Shown in pieces: positions 33,129 through 43,534 of a DNA stretch of 48,654 nt. Below the pieces are notes generated by a model. That model was not told where the DNA came from, made no database searches, and saw only the letters and a list, made by a program, of their open reading frames with translations. The translations under genes and the position numbers were made by a program. The first letter of the stretch is position 1. Each line of letters begins with the position of its first letter. Source of the DNA: an uncultured Gemmatimonadaceae bacterium. GTDB lineage: Bacteria; Gemmatimonadota; Gemmatimonadetes; Gemmatimonadales; Gemmatimonadaceae. Where the stretch lies: contig CAWHHI010000014.1 of the NCBI GenBank assembly GCA_963829055.1, forward strand, positions 1 through 48,654. Reading direction: 5' to 3'.

Positions 33129-34395
33129 CTACTTCGCGAGCTGGATCATATCGTAGTAGGTCTGAACACGACCGTCCTGCACCGCCTTGAGCGTTTCCTG
33201 AACGGACGAGAGCAGCTGTACCGAGCGGGAGTTCGGGACTGCCCGTGCGGAATCCGCCGCCGTTCGACAGCGAGCGAATGAACGTGCTCGTCGAGTCCAG
33301 GGGCAGCGTCGCCACGTTCGCGTAGAACCGCTGCCAGTCGTCGCCCTGCTGAAACAGGTATTGCTCGACGTTGGACGTGTAGAACGCCGTGATCGTTAGG
33401 CGGCGCTCCTTCAGATAGCGGCCAACCGTGCGCAGCGTCTTGTCGCCCGAGAAGTTGCCGACGAGCGGGACAAGCAGGTTGTTCGTCTCCAGTGTCCTTG
33501 AGCGCACCGAAGTTCGCCTCCGTCGCGAGGTAGCTGCGGTTGTTCCCCACGCCGTCGGTCTCGAGCATGAGCTGCACGTACGACGGCCAACGACCGAAAC
33601 CACGGCCGCCGCCGTTCGGGAAGCCGTACGTGATGTCGGGGCCCGCGGTCACGAACGCCCGGTACACGTAGTCGAGCGACTGCAGGTCGGCCGCCGACAG
33701 CGTGAATCCGTGGCGCTTCGTGAGCCAATCCGTGATCGCCGCGAGATTCTTCGCGATACACGACCGTGTCGGCCGGAACGTTCGCGAACGCGTTGAACAG
33801 CGCCTCCGGCGTCACGCCAGACGCGACACCGGCTGGCCTCGGGCGCGAGAAGAGCAGCGAGATGAAGTCCGCGCGGTCCTGCGACATCTCGATCATCGCC
33901 TTGTACATCAGGTGATGGATCAGATTCTGTCGGCGGATGTCGACGATGAACGCGATGCGCGGCTTGAGCGCAATCAGGTACGTGAAGTTCTGATCGGGTG
34001 CGACGCCGAGGTAGACGCCGCCCGGGCGTGTCGTGCGAAGCAGCTCGGGGATGACGTACTGAAACGACGTCTCGTTCGAGACGAAGTTGTCGGAGCGGAA
34101 GATAGCCGCCGGGCTCGGAGAACTCGGTGACCATGCGCCAGAATGTCGAGTCGCTGAGCCGAGCTGGAACCGACGAGCCGTCGGAGATGCCTGTCTCGGC
34201 AACGGCCGAACGGCCGACCGCTGTTCCCGGGGGCGCACCCGACGGGTGCGTGCATCCCGACAGCACGAGCGCAGGCACTAACGCTGCGATGACACCAGCG
34301 CGCTTCGCTGCGCGTGATGCTGCGACGAACGAGCGCGCGAGCGCACTTCTCCGTGGTGGAGCACCGACGAACCTCGTGGAAACGTTCGGGATCAT
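33129..34395 (-). CDS. Hypothetical lipoprotein (frameshifted; start uncertain)
   Basis: Lipobox LSGC; coherent fragments SDNFVSNETSFQ, YLGVAPDQNFTY, IVDIRRQN, FYTSNVEQYLFQ. Confidence 0.7.
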
Positions 34396-34538
34396 TCTGC
34401 GCGGCGGCCCGTTCTTCCGCCAGCGGGGTGCGGCCTCTACCTTGGCGCCACGTCGTGCCCGGGCGAGAGCGGTCGCCAGTGGCGCCCGGCGATTCGCGTT
34501 CCGTCGCTCTGAGCCGCCAGCCGGAGGGTTCTCTTCGC

Positions 34539-36211
34539 GTGCATTCTTCCCCATCGACGGCGACGACGCCCGCCACGCCCCCTTCTTCGTTAGGCGCCTA
34601 CCGGTGGGCCGCGGCCGGCGACGTCAACGCGTTCTTCGGCCTCATCCTCGACAACGTCGTCAACCTGGCGATCCTCGCCGGGATTCTCGTGGGAGCGTTC
34701 GGGTTTCCGGCGGACATCGTCTACCGGACGGATGTTCCCGGGGACCGCACTCGGCGTGATGATCGGCGACCTCGCCTACACGTGGCTGGCGTTCCGACTG
34801 GCCAAGCGCACCGGTCGATCCGACGTCACGGCCATGCCGCTCGGCCTCGACTCACCGTCGACGATCGGGATGGCGTTCGCCGTGCTCGGACCGGCGTTCG
34901 TGGCCGCGAAGGCGCGCATGCCTGTCGCCGATGCGGCGACGCTCGCCTGGCAGGTCGGGATGGCGGCGATGGTGCTGATCGGTGTCTTCAAGCTCGGGAT
35001 GACGTTCGTCGGCGACCGCATCCGCCGTATCGTGCCGCAGGCCGGCCTGCTCGGATCGATCGGCGGCGTCGGTATCGCGCTACTCGGCACGCTGCAGCTT
35101 GGCGAGGTGTTCAGCGAGCCGATCGCCGGCATGGTGGCGTTCGGCATCATTCTCTATGCGCTCGTCGCGCGCATCCGGCTTCCGTTCCGCGCGCCCGAGG
35201 TTCTCGCGAGCGTGGCGGTCGGCGCGGCGATCTACTACACGCTCGGCGCGGCCGGCCTGCTCGTGCATCCGATCACCGATGCCAGTGGCGAACTTTCCGG
35301 TCGCGCTTCCCGATACCGACGCTCGGATTCCTTCAGGGTCTGCCGATCGTGTGCGCGAGTACATTCCGCTCGCGCTGCCGTTCGCGATCCTCACCGTCAT
35401 CGGCGGCATCGACGTCACCGAGAGCGCGCGCGTCGCGGGCGACGAGTACAACACGCGCGACATCCTGCTCGTCGAGGCGCTGGCGACGCTCGTCGCCGGC
35501 GTTGTTCGGCGGCGTGAGCCAGACGACGCCGTACATCGGACATCCGGCGTACAAGGCGATGGGCGGCCGCGCGGCCTACACGCTCGCGACGGGACTCGTC
35601 GTCGGGCTCGGCGGAATTTTCGGCTACGTCGCGTTCGTCGCCGACGTGCTGCCGCAAGCCGGTGCTCGCGCCGATTCTCGTGTTCATCGGGCTCGAGATC
35701 ACGGGGCAGAGCTATCCTCGCGCCACCGAGGCGCCATGCGGCGGCGATCGACGATCGCCGTGATGCCGTCGGTCGCGCAGCTCGTCGCGATCTTCCTGTC
35801 GCAGATCCAGAACGGCGCGCTGATGACGGCGGCGCTCGACCCGGAGCTCGACGGCGCGCACGTCGGGGATTCTGAATCCCGGCGTTCATCCGCACGTGCG
35901 GCGTGATGATCATGCTCGCGAACGGATTCATCCTGACGGCGCTGCTGTGGGGCTCGGCGGCGGCGTTCCTCATCGATCGTCGCATCGGCCGCGCGAGTGC
36001 GGTGCTCGTGGTGTGCGGTATCCTGTCGCTGTTCGGGTTCATTCATTCGGTGCTGCCGTCCGGCGGCGTGTACCTGCCGTGGCACCTAACGACGACGGTG
36101 CTGCCGTACCATTGGGCGATCGGCTACATCGGGCTGGCGGTGTTGTTGATCGCCATGTCGACGACGCGCGCGTATCGGGAGACGGTGGCATTCGAGGCGG
36201 TGTCGGCATGA
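34539..36211 (+). CDS. Polytopic membrane permease, NCS2/AzgA-like nucleobase permease family (frameshifted)
   Basis: GDVNAFFGLILDN, TAMPLGLDSPS, ESARVAGDEY, TPYIGHPAYKAMGGR, ANGFILTALLW; many hydrophobic segments; substrate is inference. Confidence 0.75.
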
Positions 36212-36564
36212 TGAGCGTCTGCACGAGCCAAGTCAGCATGACGCGGAGTTGACGCACGGCATGTGACAGGAGCTTGACGGGATGACCGTCGTCGGTCGTC
36301 GGGGAGCGTGTCGCCGAGGCGCGTAACGTCCAACAGGGACGCAGAATTCGCAGGCGAGCTGCGCGTGCAACGCGAGCGGACGCAGATTCCTCTGCATCCT
36401 GGGCTCGTTGCGGGAGGCGGCCTTGGACGCGACGCGGAGCCTCGGTGTCGATCCTGTCGCATCCTGCCGATCCTGTCATGTAGTTCGTAGCTGCGGTTGC
36501 AGTTGCCGTCGTCCCGCCAAGCGGCCTGGCCATCCTGTCATGCTGTTCCCGTAGGCGACCGGCG

Positions 36565-36641
36565 ACGATGCCATCACACGAGGTCCTCCGTTCGCCGCTG
36601 CGCATCCTCAGCGGCAGGCTCCGTCGCTCCTCGGGATGACA
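36565..36641. repeat. Right half of a family-A repeat
   Basis: CGATGCCATCACA core and CGCTCCTCGGGATGACA end, as in the 7439 copy. Confidence 0.65.
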
Positions 36642-36654
36642 GAGCGTTAGGCGC

Positions 36655-36684
36655 TTGACAGAATCGGCTCGTAGGCGCTATCTG
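36655..36684 (+). promoter_or_regulatory. Candidate sigma70 promoter for the metG leader
   Basis: Consensus TTGACA followed 18 nt later by TATCTG. Confidence 0.45.
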
Positions 36685-36913
36685 TTCGACAGGGCCCGCC
36701 AACGCTGGACCTCCAACCACTCCGATCGTGACGCACCGCCTGACGACTCCCCGCACCTCACCTGTCTCGACCGTTTGCCGCCGTCTGGTAAACGGAGAGC
36801 TCGTGCGTGCGTATGTGAGCCGCCGCTGCGTCGCCTGCATCCTCCCGACCGCCGTCTCAGCGGATCGAATGCGCCGCGCCTGACGCCGCGCCTCGAACCG
36901 CCTGATCTCGGGT

Positions 36914-36944
36914 AACGGCCCGGGCCCACGCGGCTCGGGCCGTT
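36914..36944 (+). terminator. Terminator/attenuator-like hairpin in the metG leader
   Basis: AACGGCCCGGGCC-CACGC-GGCTCGGGCCGTT (13-bp stem, one G-U pair), weak U tail, about 110 nt before the metG ATG. Confidence 0.5.
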
Positions 36945-37053
36945 CGTGCGTCCCGCCTCTCGCCAGTCCGGTCGCAGGCCCTCAGGCCGCGCGCCGGTCA
37001 CGCATTCGCACGACGCGCGCGCCAGCGCGCGCGTCAAAACCGGGAGCACGCCC

Positions 37054-38679
37054 ATGTCCGACTTCTACATCACGACCGCCATCGAGTACGCGAACGGCGA
37101 ACCGCACCTCGGCCACGCCTTCGAGAAGATCGGCGCTGACGCCATCGCGCGATACCGGCGCCTGCGCGGGGATACCGTTCGCCTCCTCGTCGGCACCGAT
37201 GACCACGGGCTCAAAGTCGCGCGCGCCGCCGACGCCGCCGGCCTCACGCCGATCGCGCAGGCGGATCGCATCAGCACCCTGTTTCGCGACACGTGGGACG
37301 CGTTAGGCATCGCCTACGACACATTCGTACGCACCACCACGCCACACCACGCCGCCGGCGTGTACGCGCTCATCGAGCGGATCATCGACCGGCATCCGAT
37401 CGGCCTTCTACGAGCGAGCGTACGAAGGGTGGTACTGCGTCGGCTGTGAAGCATTCCGCACGGACCGCGAGCTCGATGCGGGACGCTGTCCCATTCACCC
37501 TTCACTCGCCATCGAACGGGTCGCCGAGTCGAACTGGTTTTTCCGCCTCAGTGCGCACCAGCATTTTCTGCTCGCGTTTCTGCGTGACCATCCCGACTTC
37601 ATCCAGCCGCCCGCTCGCTACAACGAGATCCTGGCGTTCGTCGAGCGCGGGCTCGAGGACGTATCGATCACACGGGCCTCGTTCGACTGGGGGATTCCCT
37701 TTCCGCTGCCCGACGCGCGCGGACGTCACCAGGCGATCTACGTGTGGTTCGACGCGCTGCCGAGCTATCTGACGGCGACCGGGTATCCCGGCGAGAGCGG
37801 TGAGATCCGGTGGCCGGCGCAGGTGCACGTCGTCGGTAAGGACATCACGCGCTTTCACTGTGTGCTATGGCCTGCGGTACTTCATGCGGCAGGGCTGCCG
37901 CTCCCCGAACGCGTCTGGGCTCACGGATTCGTGACCGCAGACGGCGCTCGGCTCAGCAAGACGGCGGGCGTGTGGATCGATCTCGAGCGCCGCGATCGCT
38001 CGCCACGGCGCCGACGCGCTCCGCTACTTCCTGCTGCGCGAGATTCCATTCGACGGTGATGGCGACTTCAGCTGGGATCGATTCGACGCCCGCTACACCG
38101 CGGACCTCGCCAACACGCTCGGCAACCTAACGAGTCGGGTGACGGCGCTGGTGACCAGACACGCCGCGCGGCCGCGTCCCGGCTCGACCGGTCGCCCCTG
38201 GGATCGACGGCGTGATCGGCGCGGCAGAGGCGGAGCTGGAAGCACGAGTCGCACAGGCGCATGCACGTTACGCCACGGCATTCGAGGCGTTCCGGCCGCA
38301 CGACGCACTGACCGCGGTGTGGGACGCGCTCTACGCGGGGAATGAGTATCTGAGCCGCGTCGCACCGTGGACACTGGCGCGCGACCCGGTGGATCGGCCG
38401 GCGTTCGACCGGACGCTCGCCGCCGCGGTCAGGCTGCTGGCACGGTCGGCGGTGCTGCTGGGGCCAGTAATCCCCGAGAAGGCGGACGAGCTGTGGCGGG
38501 CGTTAGGCGGGCCGGGATCGGTTCACGATCAACGTCTCGCTGATCTCGAGCGGCTTGACCCGACCGGGTGGAGTGTCACGGCAGGAACACCGTTGTTCCC
38601 GAGGGCCCCTGTCATCCCGAGGAGCGCCAGCGACGAGGGACCTTCTGTGAAGTACTCGTGGCCAGGTCGGCTACGATGA
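37054..38679 (+). CDS. metG: Methionyl-tRNA synthetase, short form (frameshifted)
   Basis: FYITTAIEYANGEPHLGH, knuckle YCVGCE...CPIH, YVWFDAL, GKDITRFH, RLSKT (KMSKS equivalent), anticodon-domain NEYL...PW; reading frame runs into the repeat. Confidence 0.92.
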
Positions 38680-38734
38680 CATCACACAAGGTCCCTCGCT
38701 GCGCTCGGGATGACAAACACCGCTCGGGATGACA
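38610..38734. repeat. Family-A REP-like element
   Basis: TGTCATCCCGAG...GAGGGACCTT...AAGGTCCCTCG...doubled CGCTCGGGATGACA. Confidence 0.85.
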
Positions 38735-38789
38735 CGAGCGGGCACCAGTCGTTGCGACTGGTGCCCGCTCCTCCTTCCATCAGAACGAA

Positions 38790-39698
38790 TCAGCGCCGAT
38801 TCGAGTAGCTGTCCCGCCAGTTCAGGTCGAAGCTGTAGTCGCCGTAACCCGGGCGTGGATCGTACACGCGAATCACCGCGGTGTAGTTGTTGTACGAAGA
38901 CGGCTGTTGCACCACGTTCACCGTCCCGCGTCCGTTCAGGTCCGTGACGAACACCTGCACTTCGTTGCGTGGCAGGCCGCCGCGTGCCAGGTCGGCGCGA
39001 ACGTTCTTCACCGATTTGCCGCTCAGCGTGCGATAGTCGACGTGACTGCCCTGGATCCGGATCTCGAGCGCGTCGTCGACCGTACCCGTCCAACGAAGGG
39101 CGCTGACATCGTTCGAGCCGCGGCCATGCCCGCCGTTGCCGTTGCCATGCCCCCAACCACCGTTGTTGCCGTAGCCACCGTTCCCGCGATTGTTGCGATC
39201 ATTGCGATCGTCACGATCATCGCCACCACGGCTCGGGCGAGTCGGGTATCCGCTCTCGTTGCGACCATCCCACGTGCCATTGCCGTTGCTATTGCCGCCG
39301 CGATACTCGTCAGGCGTCCAGTACGCGGTCACGCGATAGTTGTCGACGCCGCTGCTGCGGTCGGCGATGCGCATGATCATCGTGTAGTCGTTGCGAGCGG
39401 AGGGCTGCTGCACCACGTCCACGTCACCGCGACCATCCTGCACACGCACGGTCACGCGGCCGTCCTGCTGCGGGAGCGCACCCGCGACGTCGAGTCGCGA
39501 TCGCTCGAGCGGAATTCGGCCGGCAGTCTGAGTGCGCGCATCGCGACCGTGCATCGTGATGCGGACTTCGCGGTCCACTCGGCCACTCCAATCGAAGAGC
39601 GGTCGCCCCTGCGCGAGCAGTGAGGACGCCGAGGCCGCGAGCGCGGCGACGGACAGAGGAAGGGTGATGAGCGTGCGAGTAAAGCGACGGGCAGACAT
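38790..39698 (-). CDS. Secreted hypothetical protein with two tandem ~100-aa beta domains and a Gly/Asn/Arg/Asp-rich linker
   Basis: Intact ORF, AAGGAG RBS, signal peptide; both halves share W-x-G-x-VD...GRG-x-V-x-VVQQPS-x2-N-x-YT...W. Confidence 0.8.
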   Translation of the reverse strand: MSARRFTRTLITLPLSVAALAASASSLLAQGRPLFDWSGRVDREVRITMHGRDARTQTAGRIPLERSRLDVAGALPQQDGRVTVRVQDGRGDVDVVQQPSARNDYTMIMRIADRSSGVDNYRVTAYWTPDEYRGGNSNGNGTWDGRNESGYPTRPSRGGDDRDDRNDRNNRGNGGYGNNGGWGHGNGNGGHGRGSNDVSALRWTGTVDDALEIRIQGSHVDYRTLSGKSVKNVRADLARGGLPRNEVQVFVTDLNGRGTVNVVQQPSSYNNYTAVIRVYDPRPGYGDYSFDLNWRDSYSNRR

Positions 39699-40002
39699 TG
39701 CCACTCCTTGTAGGCGACGTAGTCGCGATGACGATCGATGTCACACCAGCTCAGTCGCCGGCGTTGCTAACGAACCGATCGCACCTGTGACTAAGGCAGC
39801 CGCCGTGCCGACTGCGGCACACGCGATTTCATCGCGTGCGTCGGAGCGGCGATCGTATCGCAACTCATGGCCGTGATTCGTTTTCCGCTTCGGTCGCCGC
39901 ACGAAGAAGACGACACGACATGGCCGTCGGCCACGGAATCTCGTCCGCCGAGTCGGACAAACTCGCGTCCCCGCGCTGGGACAGTGCGAGGCGTTGCAGG
40001 TC

Positions 40003-40151
40003 GTCATTCCGACCGAGTTGTCATTCCGAGCGAGCGTCAGCGAGTCGAGGAATCGAGACCGTCGCAGTAGAGGGCCCTCTATCGGGACGATCGCGATTCC
40101 TCGACTGCGGCTTCGCGGCTCCGCTCGGAATGACAACCCGCTCGGAATGAC
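40003..40151. repeat. Family-A REP-like element (GTCATTCCGAGCG subtype)
   Basis: Same architecture as 12319-12465, including the central TAGAGGGCCCTCTA palindrome. Confidence 0.88.
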
Positions 40152-40158
40152 GCCTCCG

Positions 40159-42940
40159 TCAGTCTGCTCGCAGCGCCTCCAGCGGACCGACGCGCGCTGC
40201 TCGCGCCGCCGGCAGGTAGCCCGCGACCGCCGCGCTCAGTGCCAGCACCGCGAGCGCAACGACGATCGACGGAATGTCCACCGAGCCCACGCCGAACAGC
40301 TGGTTGCGCAGTAGTCGCGTCGCCGCGATCGCCAGTGGAAGGCCGACGATCGCTCCGCCGACGACGAGCGCCATCGCTTCGCCGAGCACCATCCGGCGGA
40401 CGGTACGCGGCTCGGCGCCGAGGGCCATGCGGAGGCCGAACTCGCTGGTGCGCCTCAGCGTCGCGTACATCATCACGCCGTACAGGCCTAACGCGGCGAG
40501 CGCCAGCGCCAGCGTGCCGAAGAAGCTCGCGACTGTTGCGACGAGCAGGTCCTGGCTGATCGACAGTCGCATGAGCGACGTGAGCGGATCGTTGTCGAGC
40601 ACGACCAGACTCGCATCGACGGCCGACAGCTCCCGGCGCGCGGACGTCACGAGTTTCGCCGGATCACCGGTCGCCTGCAGCTCGAACGTGAACTGCGTCG
40701 GCAGGCCGCCGCCCTGGTAGATGGGCAGATACAATCTCCGCGCCGGTGACTGGCGCAGCTCGTGATCCTTCGTGTCGGCGACGACGCCGACGATCTGGTA
40801 CGTCGCGCTGTCCACGCGGACCCGGTGACCTAACGCCTGACCCTTCTGGAAGTAGGCGGACGCCATGGTCTCGTTCATCACCGCGACGTACGGCGCGCGC
40901 TCGTTGTCGGTCTCGGCGATGTCGCGTCCCTCGATGAGCTTCGCGCCAATGGCCTTGAAGTATCCCGGCCCGACCCGATCGTAGTTCGCGGTGGTATCCG
41001 CCTCGGTTCGTGCCGTGAACCCTTCGACGTACAGTGAGGTGAACGACTCGGTGCCGCTGAAGATCCCGTTTTCGGAGAAGCTCGCGGCGGCGACGCCCGG
41101 AATGCGTCGCACGCGCTCGAGCAACTCGCGCGACAGCTGCGCGAGGCGTTCGCCCTCGAGCCCTGTGGGCGCCGCGTCGACCGTCACGATGAGCAGACGA
41201 TCGCGCGCGAGGCCCGGATCGACGTTCGCGAGGGCCCGGGTGCTTCGCACCAGCATGCTCGTCCCCACAAGCAGGGTGAGCGAGAGCGCGACCTGGAAGA
41301 CGACCAGTAGCTTCCCCAGCCCGAGTCGCCCCGGTGCGCCTAACAAGCCGCCGGTAAGCCCGCGGCTGTTTGCGCGCAGCGTGGCCGCCAGCTCGACGCG
41401 GGTTGCCCGGAGCGCCGGGATGAGCCCAAAGAGCAGCGCGGTAAGCCCGGTCACGACGACCGTGAACGCGAGCACGCGAACATCCAGACGCGTATCCAGC
41501 GGCACGGCACCAGGGCCACCGTCGGCAATGCGGAGCAGCACCGTACTGCCCCACTTGGCGAGCAGCAGCCCAACGCCGCCACCGAACGCCGCGATGAGAA
41601 GAGTCTCCGTCAGGAGCTGGCGGACCAGCCTGACGCGACCGGCGCCAAGCGCCATGCGAACGCCAAGCTCGCGGGAGCGGGCCGCGCCGCGAGCCAACAA
41701 CAGGTTCGCGGCGTTGGCGCAGACGACGAGCAACACCAGCGACACCGCCGCCATGAGTGTGCTCAGCGGCTCGGCGTAGACCGCACGCAGGCCCGAGATG
41801 CCACGCGACCCGGATTCGACGTTGACGGTGCCGTCCCGAACATTTCGGACATGATCACCGTCCGGTGCCGTGGCGAGCAGGGTCTGACGCACGAGCGTCG
41901 GGTAGGCTGACTGCACTTGCTCGAGCGTCACGTTAGGCCGCCGGCGGCCGATGAAGAGCAGCCAGCTCTGCGTCGGTGACGTGAGCCAGTCGCGGCTGTT
42001 GAGTGCCGGCTGCATCGTCAGCGGCATCCAGAGGTCGGTCATGCGGCCGACGACCTCACCGGTGAATCCCGGAGGGGCGACACCCACGATGGTGAACGGG
42101 ATACGGTTCACCGCGATGGTACGCCCGACGACGCTACGGTCCCCGGCGAAGCGGCGCTGCCAGTACGCGAAGCTGAGCACCGCAACCGGTGAGCCGTTGG
42201 CCACGCGATCGTCGTCCACAGTCAGCGGTCGGCCGAGGAAGGCAGGGACGCCGAGGACGGCGAAGTAGTTCCCGCTGACGAGCCGGCCGCGCGGATGCTC
42301 CGCGCCCGATGCACCGCTCCGCCCCGCGCGTGACGAGTCGTCTATCGTGACGTCGAGCCGACCGGCGCGACCCGTGGCCAGCAGACCGGTGAAGAAGCGC
42401 GTCTCCTTCCGAAGCTCGAGGTACTCACGGTACGAGAAGAGGTCGACACGCAACGAGCCGTCTGAACTACTGTTGGTGCGGCGGGAGTCACCGATCACGA
42501 CGAGCTGGTCGCCGTTAGGCACGGGCAGGGGCCGGAGCAGCAACGCGTCGATGAGCGTGAAGATCGCGGTGTTCGCGCCGATGCCGATCGCGAGCGACAG
42601 CACGATCACGAGCGCGAAGCCGAGGTTGTGGCGGAGGGAGCGCATGGCGTAGAGCGTGTCCTGGCGCAGCTCGGTGAAGTAGTTGGCGCGGTTCACGGCC
42701 TTCTCCTGCTGATGGTCGATGTCGAGCATCTCGCGTCGGACGGTGTCCCAGTCGCCGAACTGCTCGGAGTGCCTGCGCGCGAGCGGTGGCGGGGTCCATG
42801 TCCGCGCTCGACGAGGCGGCGGACGCGCATGTCGAGGTGGAACGCGAGCTCGGCGTCGACGTCGCGTTCGACGCGGTGTGGCCCGAGCTCGAGGCGGAAG
42901 AGACGCGGCTTGCGGGTGGCGTGCGGTCGGAGTCGGTCAT
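40159..42940 (-). CDS. MacB/FtsX-like duplicated orphan ABC permease (ADOP-type; N-terminal frameshift)
   Basis: 856-aa ORF: QDTLYAMRSLRHNLGF, LAIGIGANTAIF, RSRELGVRMALGA, RRTSEFGLRMALGA; N-terminal DVDAELAFHLDM in another frame. Confidence 0.9.
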
Positions 42941-42947
42941 GGGCGCC

Positions 42948-43295
42948 TCACGTCGGCACGGGTGCGGTGGCGCGGAGGGCACGTCCGGCGACTTCGACGA
43001 AGCGGTGCCAGGACGAGCTGCCGGCCTGCAGGCGCGCTCGGCCGGCTTTGGCGAGGCTGTAGTACTTGGCCTGGCGGTTGTTGTCGGACACGCCCCACTC
43101 GGCGGTGATGAGTCCGCGGCGTTCGAGGCGGTGGAGTGCGGGGTAGAGCGTGCCTTCGCCGATGAGGAAGGCGGCGTCGGTGGCTTGCTCGATCCATTCG
43201 ACGACGGCGTAGCCGTGTCGGGGTCCCCAGCTCAGGGCCTTGAGGATGAGGAGGTCGAGGGTGCCTCGCATGAGGCTGACGTCGAGGTCGTCCAT
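42948..43295 (-). CDS. PadR-family regulator (acidobacterial type)
   Basis: Intact; RGTLDLLILKAL, RHGYAV, GTLYPALHRLE, DNNRQAKYY. Confidence 0.93.
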   Translation of the reverse strand: MDDLDVSLMRGTLDLLILKALSWGPRHGYAVVEWIEQATDAAFLIGEGTLYPALHRLERRGLITAEWGVSDNNRQAKYYSLAKAGRARLQAGSSSWHRFVEVAGRALRATAPVPT

Positions 43296-43310
43296 GGGTC
43301 TCGTCGAGAG

Positions 43311-43334
43311 GTGGTGCTAAGAGCTTAGCATCAC
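43311..43334. promoter_or_regulatory. Candidate PadR operator
   Basis: Inverted repeat GTGgTGCTAAG-AG-CTTAGCAtCAC, 16-39 bp upstream of the padR ATG. Confidence 0.6.
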
Positions 43335-43471
43335 TCCCATCGCGACGCAAGGGGAGCGGCAGCAAGCTGCACGCTACCTAGCCGACGGCTGCATGCTGCG
43401 GCCGCACGCTGCCCGCTGCTGCTATTAGCACCCAATCGACCCACGCGCTGCTCGCACCGCGGCACTCAGCG

Positions 43472-43514
43472 TCACCCAGCAACAAGCACGACCACCCAGC
43501 CACCAGCCGCAGTT
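43472..43514. repeat. Family-B repeat arm
   Basis: TCACCCAGCAACAAGCACGACCACCCAGCCACCAGCCGCAGTT, highly similar to 1161-1203. Confidence 0.78.
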
Positions 43515-43534
43515 CCCCAGTCCCCAGTGCCGCT

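Noticed and set aside
36690..37053. T-box or SAM riboswitch upstream of metG
   Set aside because: No T-box antiterminator (UGGN-ACC) and no SAM-I/II core motifs recognisable
39741..40136. Small minus-strand ORF ending in a hydrophobic tail
   Set aside because: Its start lies in a REP element; no RBS or recognisable motif
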